Shown: positions 7,010 to 17,221 of the stretch, one piece after another
Position numbering within the stretch: position 1 is the first letter of the stretch
How the letters are laid out: every line of letters starts with the position of its first letter
IMG/VR virus record: IMGVR_UViG_3300011339_000353
Location: 1 to 28,763 of that record
DNA: 28,763 nt
Origin: a virus
Lineage: Duplodnaviria > Caudoviricetes
Reading direction: 5' to 3' (one strand)
Notes under the pieces: model-generated
What the model saw: only the letters and a program-made list of their open reading frames with translations
What the model was told of the DNA's origin: nothing
The model's database searches: none
Translations under genes and position numbers: made by a program

Positions 7010-9996
7010 TATGAGAACTCACTTGACACACTGGCAAGATACAAGGTGCTGCCTAATGCATTTCCAAGTGATTTCATTGCTGTGATATTGACCATGGTCA
7101 CTGAATTGGCAGTGGCACCAATGGTGCTTACGCCACCTGCATACTTGATTGCGGCATTGCCTGTAGGCATGGTCACAGTGTAAGGAGTTGCACCTTGCTG
7201 AACGATCAGCGTAACTGTGTCTGTCTGTAGATCATTGTTGGTGCCATCATTGGCCACACTCACAAAGTTCTGAAAGTCTCCAATGGTGACATTGGCAGTG
7301 GGATTCAAGAACTGCACCTGTGCATTGAGTTTGTTAATGTTTACAGTGCCTGAAGTGGCAGTGGCAAATTCAAACTCATTGTAGCTACGCAGACTACCCA
7401 GTTGAACCTGTGCCACATCATCAGCATTGTAAAACGCATAGTATCCCGGTGCTGATCTAACCACATTGGCGACACCAATGCCAGTGGTGTTAATGCTTGA
7501 GTTGTTGCCGTGATACACGCCATACACATTGCCTGTAACTGATCCAACTCCATAACCTTGCAATTGACTTGCAAATCCTATGTAGTTGGTAACATTGGCT
7601 CCTGCACCATTGCTGTTTACGCCAGGAATCATGCCATAGGCATTGGTCAATGTTGATCCAGGATTAATTGTGAAGAATCCACCATTGAGCACGGCCTGAT
7701 TTACAACAGTATTACCCAAGTTGTATGGTGATGCATTGCCCACATCAATGTTGGGTTGTAGTGCTGCTATTGTGCCAACTGATCCCACTCCAAAGGTTGC
7801 ATTAATAGTGTTGGCAGCAGAACCACCACCAATTTGCACTCGTGCTCCAACCGCCTGAACACGAAATGAATTATTGGTAACATTGCCTGTTAGGCTCACA
7901 ATTGCGTCAGACGCAAACTGTTGCGTATTAGTAGTTGTATTAGATCTAACAAATGCATCTTGCACCAGCAGACGATTCTGACGAGCACTGTGTGAAATGT
8001 TGCCGTTCCAGCCTGTGCCCACCACAATACGGCCGTTTACTGCTGTGGCAGCTGAGCCGCCGTCTGGTAACCAGGCCATGTCTGTGGCAATGTTCTTGCC
8101 CGACATCACAATGTTGCCTGTTGAACCGTTGTTGGCAGTGCCCACAATGGTTTGTTGTGTTGAGGTTAAGTTGGCTGACGCCACAAGATTGGCACCGTTA
8201 ATGTTGCCTGTGGCTGTGACCACACCTGCTGTGCGTAGATTGCCCGCATCCACATTGCCACTTACACTTAGATTGCCAGCACCAATGTTGCCTGTGTATG
8301 TGGCCAAGACTGTTTGAGTTGGGTATGCGGCAGCATTGCCAATCCACACATTGCCTAAACCAAGATTTGGCAAGTCTGCTTGATTCCAAATGTTAACTTC
8401 AATTTGTCCTGTAGATGCATTGATGCGACCAGCGGCACCAACTGATTGCACAGCATTGGCATTGGTGGGTCTTGACTGTGTTAGTCCACCTGTGGGTGCC
8501 ACATACAAGGTTTGACCAATGGTGTATGTGCTTGTGTTTGTGGAACTCAAAGAACCAATGGCCACTGCATAACCAAATGCGTTTACGCCTAGTGCAGTCT
8601 CCAGCAATCCTATGCAAGGCATTGTTGCGGCTGTGTCTGCTCGTGATGCTGATACTTCCAAGGTCCCTGTTGCACCCACAGATCCTGTTACATACACAGG
8701 AGTGTTTTGTGCCAAGGTGCCACCAGATGTGTTCTTGACAGGAAATCTCAATGTGGTGGCATGGATGGCATCAGTTGCTGTTACACCTGTCAGTTGCGAT
8801 CCATTACCAAGAAAGTAACTGCCGGTGATATTGCCAGTGGCACTGATATTGCCACTTGTGTTAACTGCTGTTAGAATACCAACTGAGGTAATATTGGGTT
8901 GTGCGTTAGTTGTAACTGTGCCAGCAAATGTAGACGCATTGGCGTTTAGAGCGTATGTGGCATTGGCCACTGTTCCTGAAACATTGGCACCTGTTAAGGC
9001 AGTCAATCCTGAACCATTGCCTGTAAACACACTGCCTGTGACATTGCCTGTGACACTTAGGCCAATATTGGTTGTCCAGATGTTGGCAGTGGAATCATAG
9101 TTTAGTGTGGCATATTCTCCACCAACAGGACCAACACCCAAGCCACCACCATTGGCCTGTGCGGCAGTTGCGGCATTGTTGGCCACATTGATGAACTTGT
9201 CATTAATGGTCACAGTGTTGGAGTTTACTGTGGTTGTTGTGCCATTCACAGTGAGGTTGCCTGTGATCACTGCATCTATACCAACATTTAGATTACCACT
9301 GGTGATGTTGCCTGATGTTGATATGGGATTGTTTGCAAAAGCAGCCAGGTTAGCTGCCACATTGGCATTGCCATATGTGCCGGGTTGTACTGGTAGTCCA
9401 GTTAGTTGTGAGCCATTGCCCAGGAAGTAGTTGCCTGTGATATTGCCTGTGGCTGATACATTGCCACTTGTGTTTATAGCAGTTAGGATGCCTACACTAG
9501 TGATGTTTGGTTGTGCCGCTGTGGTCACAGTGCCTGCAAAGGTTGCGGCATTTGAGTTCAGTGCGTAAGTGGCATTGGCCACTGTGCCTGTGATGTTGCC
9601 TGCTGTGATGTTTGTGAGCAAGGATCCATTACCAGCGAAATAGCCCGCAGTAATATTGCCCGTTGTGCTGACGGGGTTAGATCCAAATGCAGCCAAATTG
9701 GCCGCAACATTGGCATTGCCATAAGTGGCAGGCAATCCTGTTAGTTGTGATCCATTGCCTAGGATATAAGCACCAGATATGTTGGCTGAGGTGATGATGT
9801 TGCCTGCTAGGCTTGAACTAGCAAGGTAAGCAGCCACATTGGCGTTGCCGTAAGCATTGCCTCCGGCCTGTTCAATCACAGCATTGTATTGAATGGTTAT
9901 GGGATATTCATTGGTAGTGATTGACACATTTGTGGTGTTGTTGTCAATGGTAATGTTGGCTGCTGATTCCTCGGTGATGATGATTTGGTAGGTCAT
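7009..9996 (-). CDS. Long tail fibre / receptor-binding protein with repeated YFxGNGSxLTG motifs
   Basis: 995 aa, N/G/T/A-rich beta-repeats, five GNGS(Q/L/G)LT motifs, GNLTVNGTTTTVNS fibre motif. Confidence 0.85.
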   Translation of the reverse strand: MTYQIIITEESAANITIDNNTTNVSITTNEYPITIQYNAVIEQAGGNAYGNANVAAYLASSSLAGNIITSANISGAYILGNGSQLTGLPATYGNANVAANLAAFGSNPVSTTGNITAGYFAGNGSLLTNITAGNITGTVANATYALNSNAATFAGTVTTAAQPNITSVGILTAINTSGNVSATGNITGNYFLGNGSQLTGLPVQPGTYGNANVAANLAAFANNPISTSGNITSGNLNVGIDAVITGNLTVNGTTTTVNSNTVTINDKFINVANNAATAAQANGGGLGVGPVGGEYATLNYDSTANIWTTNIGLSVTGNVTGSVFTGNGSGLTALTGANVSGTVANATYALNANASTFAGTVTTNAQPNITSVGILTAVNTSGNISATGNITGSYFLGNGSQLTGVTATDAIHATTLRFPVKNTSGGTLAQNTPVYVTGSVGATGTLEVSASRADTAATMPCIGLLETALGVNAFGYAVAIGSLSSTNTSTYTIGQTLYVAPTGGLTQSRPTNANAVQSVGAAGRINASTGQIEVNIWNQADLPNLGLGNVWIGNAAAYPTQTVLATYTGNIGAGNLSVSGNVDAGNLRTAGVVTATGNINGANLVASANLTSTQQTIVGTANNGSTGNIVMSGKNIATDMAWLPDGGSAATAVNGRIVVGTGWNGNISHSARQNRLLVQDAFVRSNTTTNTQQFASDAIVSLTGNVTNNSFRVQAVGARVQIGGGSAANTINATFGVGSVGTIAALQPNIDVGNASPYNLGNTVVNQAVLNGGFFTINPGSTLTNAYGMIPGVNSNGAGANVTNYIGFASQLQGYGVGSVTGNVYGVYHGNNSSINTTGIGVANVVRSAPGYYAFYNADDVAQVQLGSLRSYNEFEFATATSGTVNINKLNAQVQFLNPTANVTIGDFQNFVSVANDGTNNDLQTDTVTLIVQQGATPYTVTMPTGNAAIKYAGGVSTIGATANSVTMVNITAMKSLGNALGSTLYLASVSSEFS

Positions 9997-9997
9997 G

Positions 9998-10522
9998 TTA
10001 GGCCACCACTAGAGTTGAATAAAGAGGACTTGTGCTTAGTGTGGGATCACCTGCTGTGACTCCGGGTTCCCAGGCTTGCACCAGGGCATACCTATGTGTG
10101 TTCACATTGGCTATGGGCGAGTTCACATCTGTCCATGTGGTTGAGAACACAGTGATGGGAACATTTTTTCTTGCATCTGGAATGATTGGTCCAGTATACA
10201 TTAGATTGGGTTGAAATACTCGTACTGTGCCAGTGGCAGCATTGAGTATGGTGGGCACATAAATGCCGCCTGCAAATGACGCCATGGTCTGCACAGGGAA
10301 TGTGCCAATCACAGTTGAATCTGCAAAGTTGGGTTGTCCAGTGTAGCGTAAAAAGCTCACTTGATCAACCACAATGGTTTGGAATTCTACCGCAAAGGTC
10401 CAGCCGGTAATGTCTTGTTGAAAGTTGTAAATGAGCGTTCGTCTGCTGCTCGGAAACCACTGTTCACAAATGATCTCATCGGGACTACCCACATACTGGG
10501 CAAAGTTTAATACACCGGCCAT
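9998..10522 (-). CDS. Putative fibre adaptor / baseplate-associated protein
   Basis: SD AGGAG, beta-rich, DITGWTF motif, directly upstream of the fibre gene. Confidence 0.55.
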   Translation of the reverse strand: MAGVLNFAQYVGSPDEIICEQWFPSSRRTLIYNFQQDITGWTFAVEFQTIVVDQVSFLRYTGQPNFADSTVIGTFPVQTMASFAGGIYVPTILNAATGTVRVFQPNLMYTGPIIPDARKNVPITVFSTTWTDVNSPIANVNTHRYALVQAWEPGVTAGDPTLSTSPLYSTLVVA

Positions 10523-10545
10523 AATTTCTCTCCTAAGGGGGATAC

Positions 10546-10580
10546 TGCTGACACAAAGGCATCAGCAATGCGTTTATTTA
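10546..10580 (-). promoter_or_regulatory. TAAATA motif (10575-10580) followed by a leader hairpin
   Basis: Minus strand aaTAAATAaacgcat, then stem tgctgatgc-cttt-gtgtcagca (two G-U pairs), then SD. Confidence 0.55.
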
Positions 10581-10605
10581 TTGCAACCGTAAAATAATCC
10601 AGTTG

Positions 10606-12336
10606 TTAGGTAAAGAAACGATAGTTTAACCAGCTGTCGGCTTGACCATTGATCAGGCTATTGCCGGCAGTGATACCAGGCACTTGGAATGTGTTTGGAC
10701 CAGCGTCAAATATCACAGTGTTGCCAGAGAATGACTTGGTATAGTTGATCACAGGCACACCACTGTTGCCAATAGAGGGTGTGATGTTGCTCCAGGATGC
10801 TGGTATCAATGTAGAACTAACACCAAATGCTATGATATTTCCAGTGGAGTTGCTGAGATTCAACACAGCATTGGTGCTGGTGCTTATTCGTAGATTGCCA
10901 GTTAGACTACTTGAATCATCTAAACTTGCACCAATTAGACTCCAACTACTCCAGCTCAATCCAGCAAAGCCACTGGAGTTGTATGTGCTTTGATTCCAAG
11001 GTGCTGTGGCATAATACACAGCAACACCTGCTTTGATACTGAGACTAGTTCTGGTGTCTGCCAATGCAGTGGTGTTGTGGCTGACTTCAACTACACAATT
11101 TGCAGCCGGGGCAATCACACCTGCCACATTGCCTACCGCACTTCCGATGCCGGCCATGTAGGCATCAGCAGTGAATATCATGCCTTTGTAAACACTATTT
11201 CCAGAATATATCAAGGTGTCAGCTGGTGAATTAACAAATGCAAATTGTCCACTTGTAATAGTATTACCACCAATAACAGTGCCAGAACTATTCACAACAG
11301 GAGTGTCAATTCGGATCACATCAGGTGCTTGATTTCTTGTGTAAACAACATTGGCACTCACTGTGCTAAATGGTCCTGTTCCTTCACCATTAACTCCACG
11401 AGTCTTCCAGGCCCAAGTACCATCACGCAGGCCAGTTGTGGTGAATACCACTGTGTTGCCTGTCGCAAAAGCATTGGCATCAGTTGATGCTTGTGTGCCT
11501 ATGAGATTGTAACTGGTGTTGGCCACATTGCCTGTGATTGTGACATTACCTGCCCAGAACTGCACTCTATCCACAACACCAGCAGGCACTGTGGTGCTGA
11601 CCACTTGTGCTGGCAAACTGTCCACAGTTTTCAGTGTGATGGTGGGTGTGCCAGGTGTGCCAATAGATGAGATTGAACGAATGCCAGGTGGCCCTGCTAC
11701 TAGGAAGTTGTCCCAAGTACCATCATAGATGGTGTCATCGTATTCAGTGCAGGAGAATTCTAATCTAAGGCTGCCATCATCACCTTCAATCTCTCGCACA
11801 CGCATGATTCTAAACTCTTTAGCAGTCCATCCATATGTGTCACTTGTGATGTCAATGATGTTGCCGGCTTGCAAATTGATCTTGGAGTAATCCATCACAA
11901 TTGTCACAGTAAGGTCTAGACGACTCTGTTTGAGAGTAATCATGGCATAATGTTCAGCTTGTGGTTGATTGTTGATGAATTCAGAACTCACTTGTAAGGT
12001 ATTGTCTGGTTCATATGCATTACGCAGGTTATCAGGCAGGTTTAATGTTGCATAATGAGGTTGATCATTCATGTCATTGCGAGGATACTCAATCTCTATT
12101 GCATTGTAGAGATTGGTCAAGCCTGATCCTGATATTTGAATAGGACCAATGATGTCTGCTTCTGTGATGCTGGCCACACTGTTGCCTGCCTGATTGATGG
12201 TCCAGGAATACAGGCCCTCATGTGTGTTATAGGTAAACCAAGCAGTGCTGGCTTCGGCCAGTCGTTCTAGGTTTGACCATACCGGCTCACTTGTGCGTAC
12301 TACGCCATTAATTTGTTGTGCATTTAGAGTTGGCAT
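10606..12336 (-). CDS. Tail tip / central fibre protein J-like, C-terminal part (Phage-tail_3-like domain plus FN3-like region)
   Basis: INGVV...SNLERL...ITEADIIGPIQI...YNAIEIEYP...LKQSR...LQAGNIIDIT...GWTAKEFRIM...EYDDTIY; WKTRGVNGEGTGPFS. Confidence 0.8.
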   Translation of the reverse strand: MPTLNAQQINGVVRTSEPVWSNLERLAEASTAWFTYNTHEGLYSWTINQAGNSVASITEADIIGPIQISGSGLTNLYNAIEIEYPRNDMNDQPHYATLNLPDNLRNAYEPDNTLQVSSEFINNQPQAEHYAMITLKQSRLDLTVTIVMDYSKINLQAGNIIDITSDTYGWTAKEFRIMRVREIEGDDGSLRLEFSCTEYDDTIYDGTWDNFLVAGPPGIRSISSIGTPGTPTITLKTVDSLPAQVVSTTVPAGVVDRVQFWAGNVTITGNVANTSYNLIGTQASTDANAFATGNTVVFTTTGLRDGTWAWKTRGVNGEGTGPFSTVSANVVYTRNQAPDVIRIDTPVVNSSGTVIGGNTITSGQFAFVNSPADTLIYSGNSVYKGMIFTADAYMAGIGSAVGNVAGVIAPAANCVVEVSHNTTALADTRTSLSIKAGVAVYYATAPWNQSTYNSSGFAGLSWSSWSLIGASLDDSSSLTGNLRISTSTNAVLNLSNSTGNIIAFGVSSTLIPASWSNITPSIGNSGVPVINYTKSFSGNTVIFDAGPNTFQVPGITAGNSLINGQADSWLNYRFFT

Positions 12337-12345
12337 TTTGTTTCC

Positions 12346-14607
12346 TTAAGTGATTTTAATGATTACTACACCAGATGTTGCAGTTCCAATAACTTTTCCA
12401 ATATTGCCGCCTTGACCGCCACCTCCGCCGCCATAACCGCCACCATCATTGCCTGACTGACCACCACTTGGTGATCCAATATTTGGTTGGCCACCGCCAC
12501 CTCCGGCACCATAGTAAACATTAGCACCAGAAATGTTGCTTACATATCCAGGTGCTGGATTTCCATACCAGTTGTGGAATACGCCAGCAGGCAATTCCAC
12601 AGTGTAGAAAGAAGGACTAGGAGTACCACCAGCAGCACCACCGGCACCACCATATATGTAGGCCTTGTTTCCAGAATTTGGTGGATTGGGAGAATTTGTG
12701 TTTATGTATAAATTGGCATATCCAGGGGCAGTGGATGATGTAATACCACCTCCATCACCATTGCCAAGACCACCTTGACCACCAGCTGCTGTGAAATAAA
12801 CATTGGCACCTTGTGAAATATAACTGCTGGTGCCACTAAGAGCATTGCCAGTAGTTACTGTATTGGCAGCACCAGATCCAACTATAACATTATATGTGCC
12901 TTGACTTAGTGCATTAGCTGTGCCATAGCTGGCATTAACTTCCACTGCTTCGCCTCCCGCACCACCGGCACCAGCACTGTTGAGTGTGGATGAAAATGCT
13001 TGTTTGCCAGATCCAGCACCACCACCACCAACTGTCAAGATTCTAATATTGCCCCAATAACTTTGTGCAAAATCTAGAGTAACATTTCCATTTGCTGTGA
13101 ATGTCTGAGTGGATGGTGTCAATGCATTTGGTGTAACAGTAAGATTGGCAGTGATATTTGCTTGTGCAACACCATCTCTTGATTGTGTGTAAACAAAATT
13201 GCCGCTGGTTGCGTTTGGTGCAGGCACAAACACAATGTTACCAAACAAGTTGTTGATAGTGGTGGTATTGCCTGTGGATGTAAATGTATTTTGTAACAGA
13301 GCATTAGCAATGTTTGTTCCAAAATTACCACGAGCACTATTCAATGTAATTGTGTATAATTGTCCATAATCAGGACCATCATTGATGTATGGAGTAGTAT
13401 TAGCAAAAATGTTTGATACCACATTGCCTAACACAGTTCTTGCCGTCATGTTGGATATCTCAGGATTGGTCACAGCAGTAAAGTTGGCCACAACATTGCT
13501 GGCTTGTGTGACATTGCCAGTGGCCAGGGTCTTGACCTGATTGTATGTGAAACTGACATTGCCTGTGTAATCCACAGGAGGCATCCATTCAATGGTGCCA
13601 TTGATTGCGGCCCGACTGTTTGTTATATTCAACTGTGTATTGGCATTGCCCACAAGACTATTGCTCACATAGAACTGACCTGTGTTGCCTGCTGTTTGTT
13701 GAATGCCCACAGTGAAACTTAGTGCTCTAGTGTCTAGATCAGTAATAGTATTACCAAATGCCAATCTTGTGTCTTCGGTATATGTTCCACCAGGGAAACT
13801 GTATTCAGAGTGTGTGTTGGCAATTTGAATATTGGCATTAGATGTACTATAAATTGTGGTTGTGTTGCCTATAGCAAAGCTAATGGCATTGGCCACATTG
13901 CTTGCTAGATCACTAGCAGGCAAGAACTTGAGAGCATTGGCAGCAATTTGTGTGTTCAGACTTGTGGCATTACCATCAATAAAGATTGAGTTGCCTGTTA
14001 TAACACCATCTGTCATGGAACCATATGTGGGAATAGTATTAGCATATAATCTAAATGTTACCACAGATGTAGGATCCACTACCACATTGGCTATGGTTAC
14101 ATTGGCCAGTGTATCTTCATTATAGATCACATTGCCAGTGATGCTCACAGCTGGTTGTGTGACCACATTCACAGTGGTGGTCCAGGTTCTTGTGTTGCCA
14201 GACTGATCATTAACTGTTGTTACATAGGAATATTCTGGTGTTATGTTACTGGCACCGGTGAGATCTGTAAATTTCACATTGGCAAATGCTTCTGTGTATT
14301 GTGCAACTGATCTAATGCCATTCACACGCCAGGCAGCCGGTGCTGTTTGCAATAGACCAATATTGCTATATGTTCCTACATAGGCCATGCTTACATTGCC
14401 CACATTGGAAAATTGTAAATCAATCAATAAATCTCTAACAGGACTGGTGATTGAATTGAGACTGGTCTGTTGTGTAATATTGGCAGTATTATATGCAGCC
14501 AAGTTGGCAGTTATATTACCAAGATTGGTTCCAAACGAGATGGCATAACTGGCTTCATCATTATAAGTGATGGTTCTTGCTGTGTTTAGGTCTATAATAG
14601 TGCTCAT
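12346..14607 (-). CDS. Large adhesin-like tail protein (cadherin/Ig-like repeats plus C-terminal glycine-rich domain)
   Basis: YNEDT/YTEDT repeat starts, F.PA.D and W.PPVDYTG repeat ends, C-terminal LTVGGGGAG...GGAGG...YYGAGGGGG...SGVVIIK. Confidence 0.7.
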   Translation of the reverse strand: MSTIIDLNTARTITYNDEASYAISFGTNLGNITANLAAYNTANITQQTSLNSITSPVRDLLIDLQFSNVGNVSMAYVGTYSNIGLLQTAPAAWRVNGIRSVAQYTEAFANVKFTDLTGASNITPEYSYVTTVNDQSGNTRTWTTTVNVVTQPAVSITGNVIYNEDTLANVTIANVVVDPTSVVTFRLYANTIPTYGSMTDGVITGNSIFIDGNATSLNTQIAANALKFLPASDLASNVANAISFAIGNTTTIYSTSNANIQIANTHSEYSFPGGTYTEDTRLAFGNTITDLDTRALSFTVGIQQTAGNTGQFYVSNSLVGNANTQLNITNSRAAINGTIEWMPPVDYTGNVSFTYNQVKTLATGNVTQASNVVANFTAVTNPEISNMTARTVLGNVVSNIFANTTPYINDGPDYGQLYTITLNSARGNFGTNIANALLQNTFTSTGNTTTINNLFGNIVFVPAPNATSGNFVYTQSRDGVAQANITANLTVTPNALTPSTQTFTANGNVTLDFAQSYWGNIRILTVGGGGAGSGKQAFSSTLNSAGAGGAGGEAVEVNASYGTANALSQGTYNVIVGSGAANTVTTGNALSGTSSYISQGANVYFTAAGGQGGLGNGDGGGITSSTAPGYANLYINTNSPNPPNSGNKAYIYGGAGGAAGGTPSPSFYTVELPAGVFHNWYGNPAPGYVSNISGANVYYGAGGGGGQPNIGSPSGGQSGNDGGGYGGGGGGQGGNIGKVIGTATSGVVIIKIT

Positions 14608-15470
14608 TCTAAGTCAATCCATTCATATGAATCCAGTCCCATGCGGCTGATGGTTGTGGCATTTGATTCACCAGTGTCAATTTCTCTAAGTCTCACACCT
14701 GCACCATATCTTGTGTTGGTAGCATAGTCAAACAACACATCTCCACTCTTGCTTAATGAGTTGATGATGTTGAATTGGTAATCACCAATTGATGTGACAT
14801 TCTTGTCTCTATTGTAGTCCACACGCACAAGAGCAAACACAAGATCACTCATGTTTGAATTAGGTGTTGGTCCAGAGGGTGCTGTCCACCCAGGAAACAC
14901 ATCCCAGGCATTCACAGCACTCAATGTTGGTGCGGCATTGCCAACACAACTGGCAGCCACAGGAGCAATTTGATTTGTGCTTGCACCTGATCCGGCATAC
15001 ATGTAGATCTTCACAAGTCCATTCATTGACTCATCAGTATTGCCATCTGCATCTCGAGTGTTGTTCACAGTGATACCATCTGCTTTGAAGATCGCTTGAT
15101 CAGCATTGCGATAACATTCATTAAATGTGTATGTGGGAGCAGCACCTGTTTCAAATAGATTACCTGTCTTTTCACTAATGGTCAAACACACCCACATGGT
15201 CTTGTTGTCATTTACAAGTTTTGCATCTGTAATAGCACCACCAAGATAAGCTGATCCATACACCACAGGTATCTTGTGATTGGTTGCTGGTGATAGCATC
15301 TGTCTAGAACCAGCATCAAATCCAGTTGCGGATTGATTCTTTGAAATGCTACGATTCAAGGCGTAGCTTACCAGGGCTGTGACAGCAGTGCGAACCAGGA
15401 GCACACCAATGGTACTGGTGACTCCAATGTATCCTGCTATGCTTGTGGCCAGTGCGGTTAAAAATGCCAT
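14604..15470 (-). CDS. Tail tip protein J-like, N-terminal part
   Basis: Hydrophobic N-terminus, PATNHKIPVVYGSA, MSDLVFALVRVDY, GDVLFDYATNTRYGAG..ID. Confidence 0.8.
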   Translation of the reverse strand: MAFLTALATSIAGYIGVTSTIGVLLVRTAVTALVSYALNRSISKNQSATGFDAGSRQMLSPATNHKIPVVYGSAYLGGAITDAKLVNDNKTMWVCLTISEKTGNLFETGAAPTYTFNECYRNADQAIFKADGITVNNTRDADGNTDESMNGLVKIYMYAGSGASTNQIAPVAASCVGNAAPTLSAVNAWDVFPGWTAPSGPTPNSNMSDLVFALVRVDYNRDKNVTSIGDYQFNIINSLSKSGDVLFDYATNTRYGAGVRLREIDTGESNATTISRMGLDSYEWIDLE

Positions 15471-15928
15471 TATGCTTCCTTCATCCAGGTTTGTTCTATT
15501 AGCTTCCAGCCTCTACGGCCTGGATCAAAATTGGTGCTGGGTCCTTGTGTGCTTAACAGAACAGCTTGCACACGACCTTGAGTGATATACTGATCACAAT
15601 CACGATCCCATGCACGCCATAATACAGCACCTGCACGACTGCCACGATGTGATTCACTAACAAACCAGGCACGCTCTTGCAATAGTTTTCGTTCTGGATC
15701 CCAGAAGTCAGTACCTTGTTCAGCAATTAGTGTGCCCACGATCTCATTATCTCGAACTGCCACACGCACATAGTGATGTTGTTGCCAGCGTGTGACCAGC
15801 TTGAATATTCTTGGTGTGTCTTGTTCTGTTGACCAAGGTCTAAATCCAACTCGTGCTTGTGATGAAAACTCTTTCAGCAGTTCACACACAGCAGGGATGT
15901 CTTGAAAGGTGGCAAATCTAGTGTGCAT
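15470..15928 (-). CDS. GNAT-family acetyltransferase-like protein in the tail module
   Basis: RFATFQDIPAVCELL, VAVRDNEIVG, E.AWFVSESHRGSRAGAVL (acetyl-CoA-binding motif A), GW near the C-terminus. Confidence 0.75.
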   Translation of the reverse strand: MHTRFATFQDIPAVCELLKEFSSQARVGFRPWSTEQDTPRIFKLVTRWQQHHYVRVAVRDNEIVGTLIAEQGTDFWDPERKLLQERAWFVSESHRGSRAGAVLWRAWDRDCDQYITQGRVQAVLLSTQGPSTNFDPGRRGWKLIEQTWMKEA

Positions 15929-16584
15929 CAGGGTTGTTCCACTATTTCAGTTGTGGCCGAAGTCATGGGTTGTGATACTTGAGCTGTGACAGTTACAGGA
16001 GCACCAAAGTCAAACGGACGACCAATTAGATTGGTGATACGATTGAAGCTTGAATCACTGGGATAAAACTGATTCATAGATTCCTGATTGGTTCTGCGTC
16101 CTGTGATCTTGGTGTTCAACATGTCCACAAGACTTGAGCAAGAGAGATTGATAACAAGGCTGGAGTCTAGACTGAACTCATTGTATTGTTCGCTAAATCC
16201 ATAATTGGTCACAACACCCTGGAACATGAATATGGGATTGCCTGCAATGGCCAGGGGATTGTCTGTGAGTGGATCAGTAAACACTCTGCGGATTTCAATC
16301 CTGGATCCTTTGATACGCACTGCCTGCACTCCTTGTGCATACGCAATGGGAATGCCTGACAGGCCAACTGCGGTTTCTACTGAGCTGGCTCGTAATTCAC
16401 TAACACTTTCACTCACACTCATGAGTATGCCAGCAGGTGAGTATTCATATGCAAAGCCATCCGATTCTGTAATAGAAATGGCCTTGTGGAATGTTGATAA
16501 TCTCAATACACCATATGAAGGTATGTCCAATCTCACACACAAACAAACTCCAACTGAACTGTATCCTGATAGATTGATGCTCAT
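15928..16584 (-). CDS. Tail hub / minor tail protein (DUF2163/gpL-like position)
   Basis: GSRIEIRRVF...FQGVV...GRRTN...FYPSD.SF..I...FDFG; located after the Dit-like gene. Confidence 0.7.
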   Translation of the reverse strand: MSINLSGYSSVGVCLCVRLDIPSYGVLRLSTFHKAISITESDGFAYEYSPAGILMSVSESVSELRASSVETAVGLSGIPIAYAQGVQAVRIKGSRIEIRRVFTDPLTDNPLAIAGNPIFMFQGVVTNYGFSEQYNEFSLDSSLVINLSCSSLVDMLNTKITGRRTNQESMNQFYPSDSSFNRITNLIGRPFDFGAPVTVTAQVSQPMTSATTEIVEQP

Positions 16585-17219
16585 GTTCGATCCTCGTAGA
16601 ATACAAAATCACCAGACCAGTTTACCAGCATGTTGTTGCCAGCTGGCACCAGTGTCCAGGTGGGCCTTTGCACACACAGCACTGACCATGTGACATTTGC
16701 CCCAAAATATCCTGTGTATGATCCAGCGGCCTCATCTATTGGTCTGTTTAGGGTAACAGTGGCACCATTGCCTGCGGCAGGATCAGCAACCACTTGGTAT
16801 ATTGATCCAGTGGCACCAATTTGCAACCAATCACCTGCTCTGGCGACATATCCACTGGGCAGTGTGCCAGCTGTGATAGTGCAAGTGGTAACACTTGTGC
16901 CCGAAGGCACAACCACTGTGAATCCGCCTGTGCCTGAACCTAGATAACCAATGATGTTTTCAAAGCCGGTATGATTGAAATTGATATCAGCAATGGTAAT
17001 ACGATCCATTTGATCTAGCCGAGCCAGGTAAGGTCTTGACTCTACATAGGTAGCACCTGGTGAAGGTGTCACAGTGAACTTCCACACACGGCCTCCACGA
17101 CTCACTGTGCGTATTACATTTTCTCGTGTGCTTGTGGAAGCCACTACACCACGACCATCAATGCTGAGAGCAGTGGCTGAGTTGACGATCCATTGAAAGG
17201 CTTCATTTGTTGTGGCCAT
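16581..17219 (-). CDS. Distal tail (Dit)-like protein
   Basis: Directly after the tape measure; WKFTV, AGDWLQIG...YQVVAD...VTLNRP, F.FYE C-terminus. Confidence 0.65.
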   Translation of the reverse strand: MATTNEAFQWIVNSATALSIDGRGVVASTSTRENVIRTVSRGGRVWKFTVTPSPGATYVESRPYLARLDQMDRITIADINFNHTGFENIIGYLGSGTGGFTVVVPSGTSVTTCTITAGTLPSGYVARAGDWLQIGATGSIYQVVADPAAGNGATVTLNRPIDEAAGSYTGYFGANVTWSVLCVQRPTWTLVPAGNNMLVNWSGDFVFYEDRT

Positions 17220-17221
17220 AA

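Noticed and set aside
12346-14607. Middle tail gene as an intron/intein or mobile insertion in J
   Set aside because: It encodes a structural adhesin-like protein, has no endonuclease or splicing motifs, and leaves no non-coding flanks for a ribozyme.
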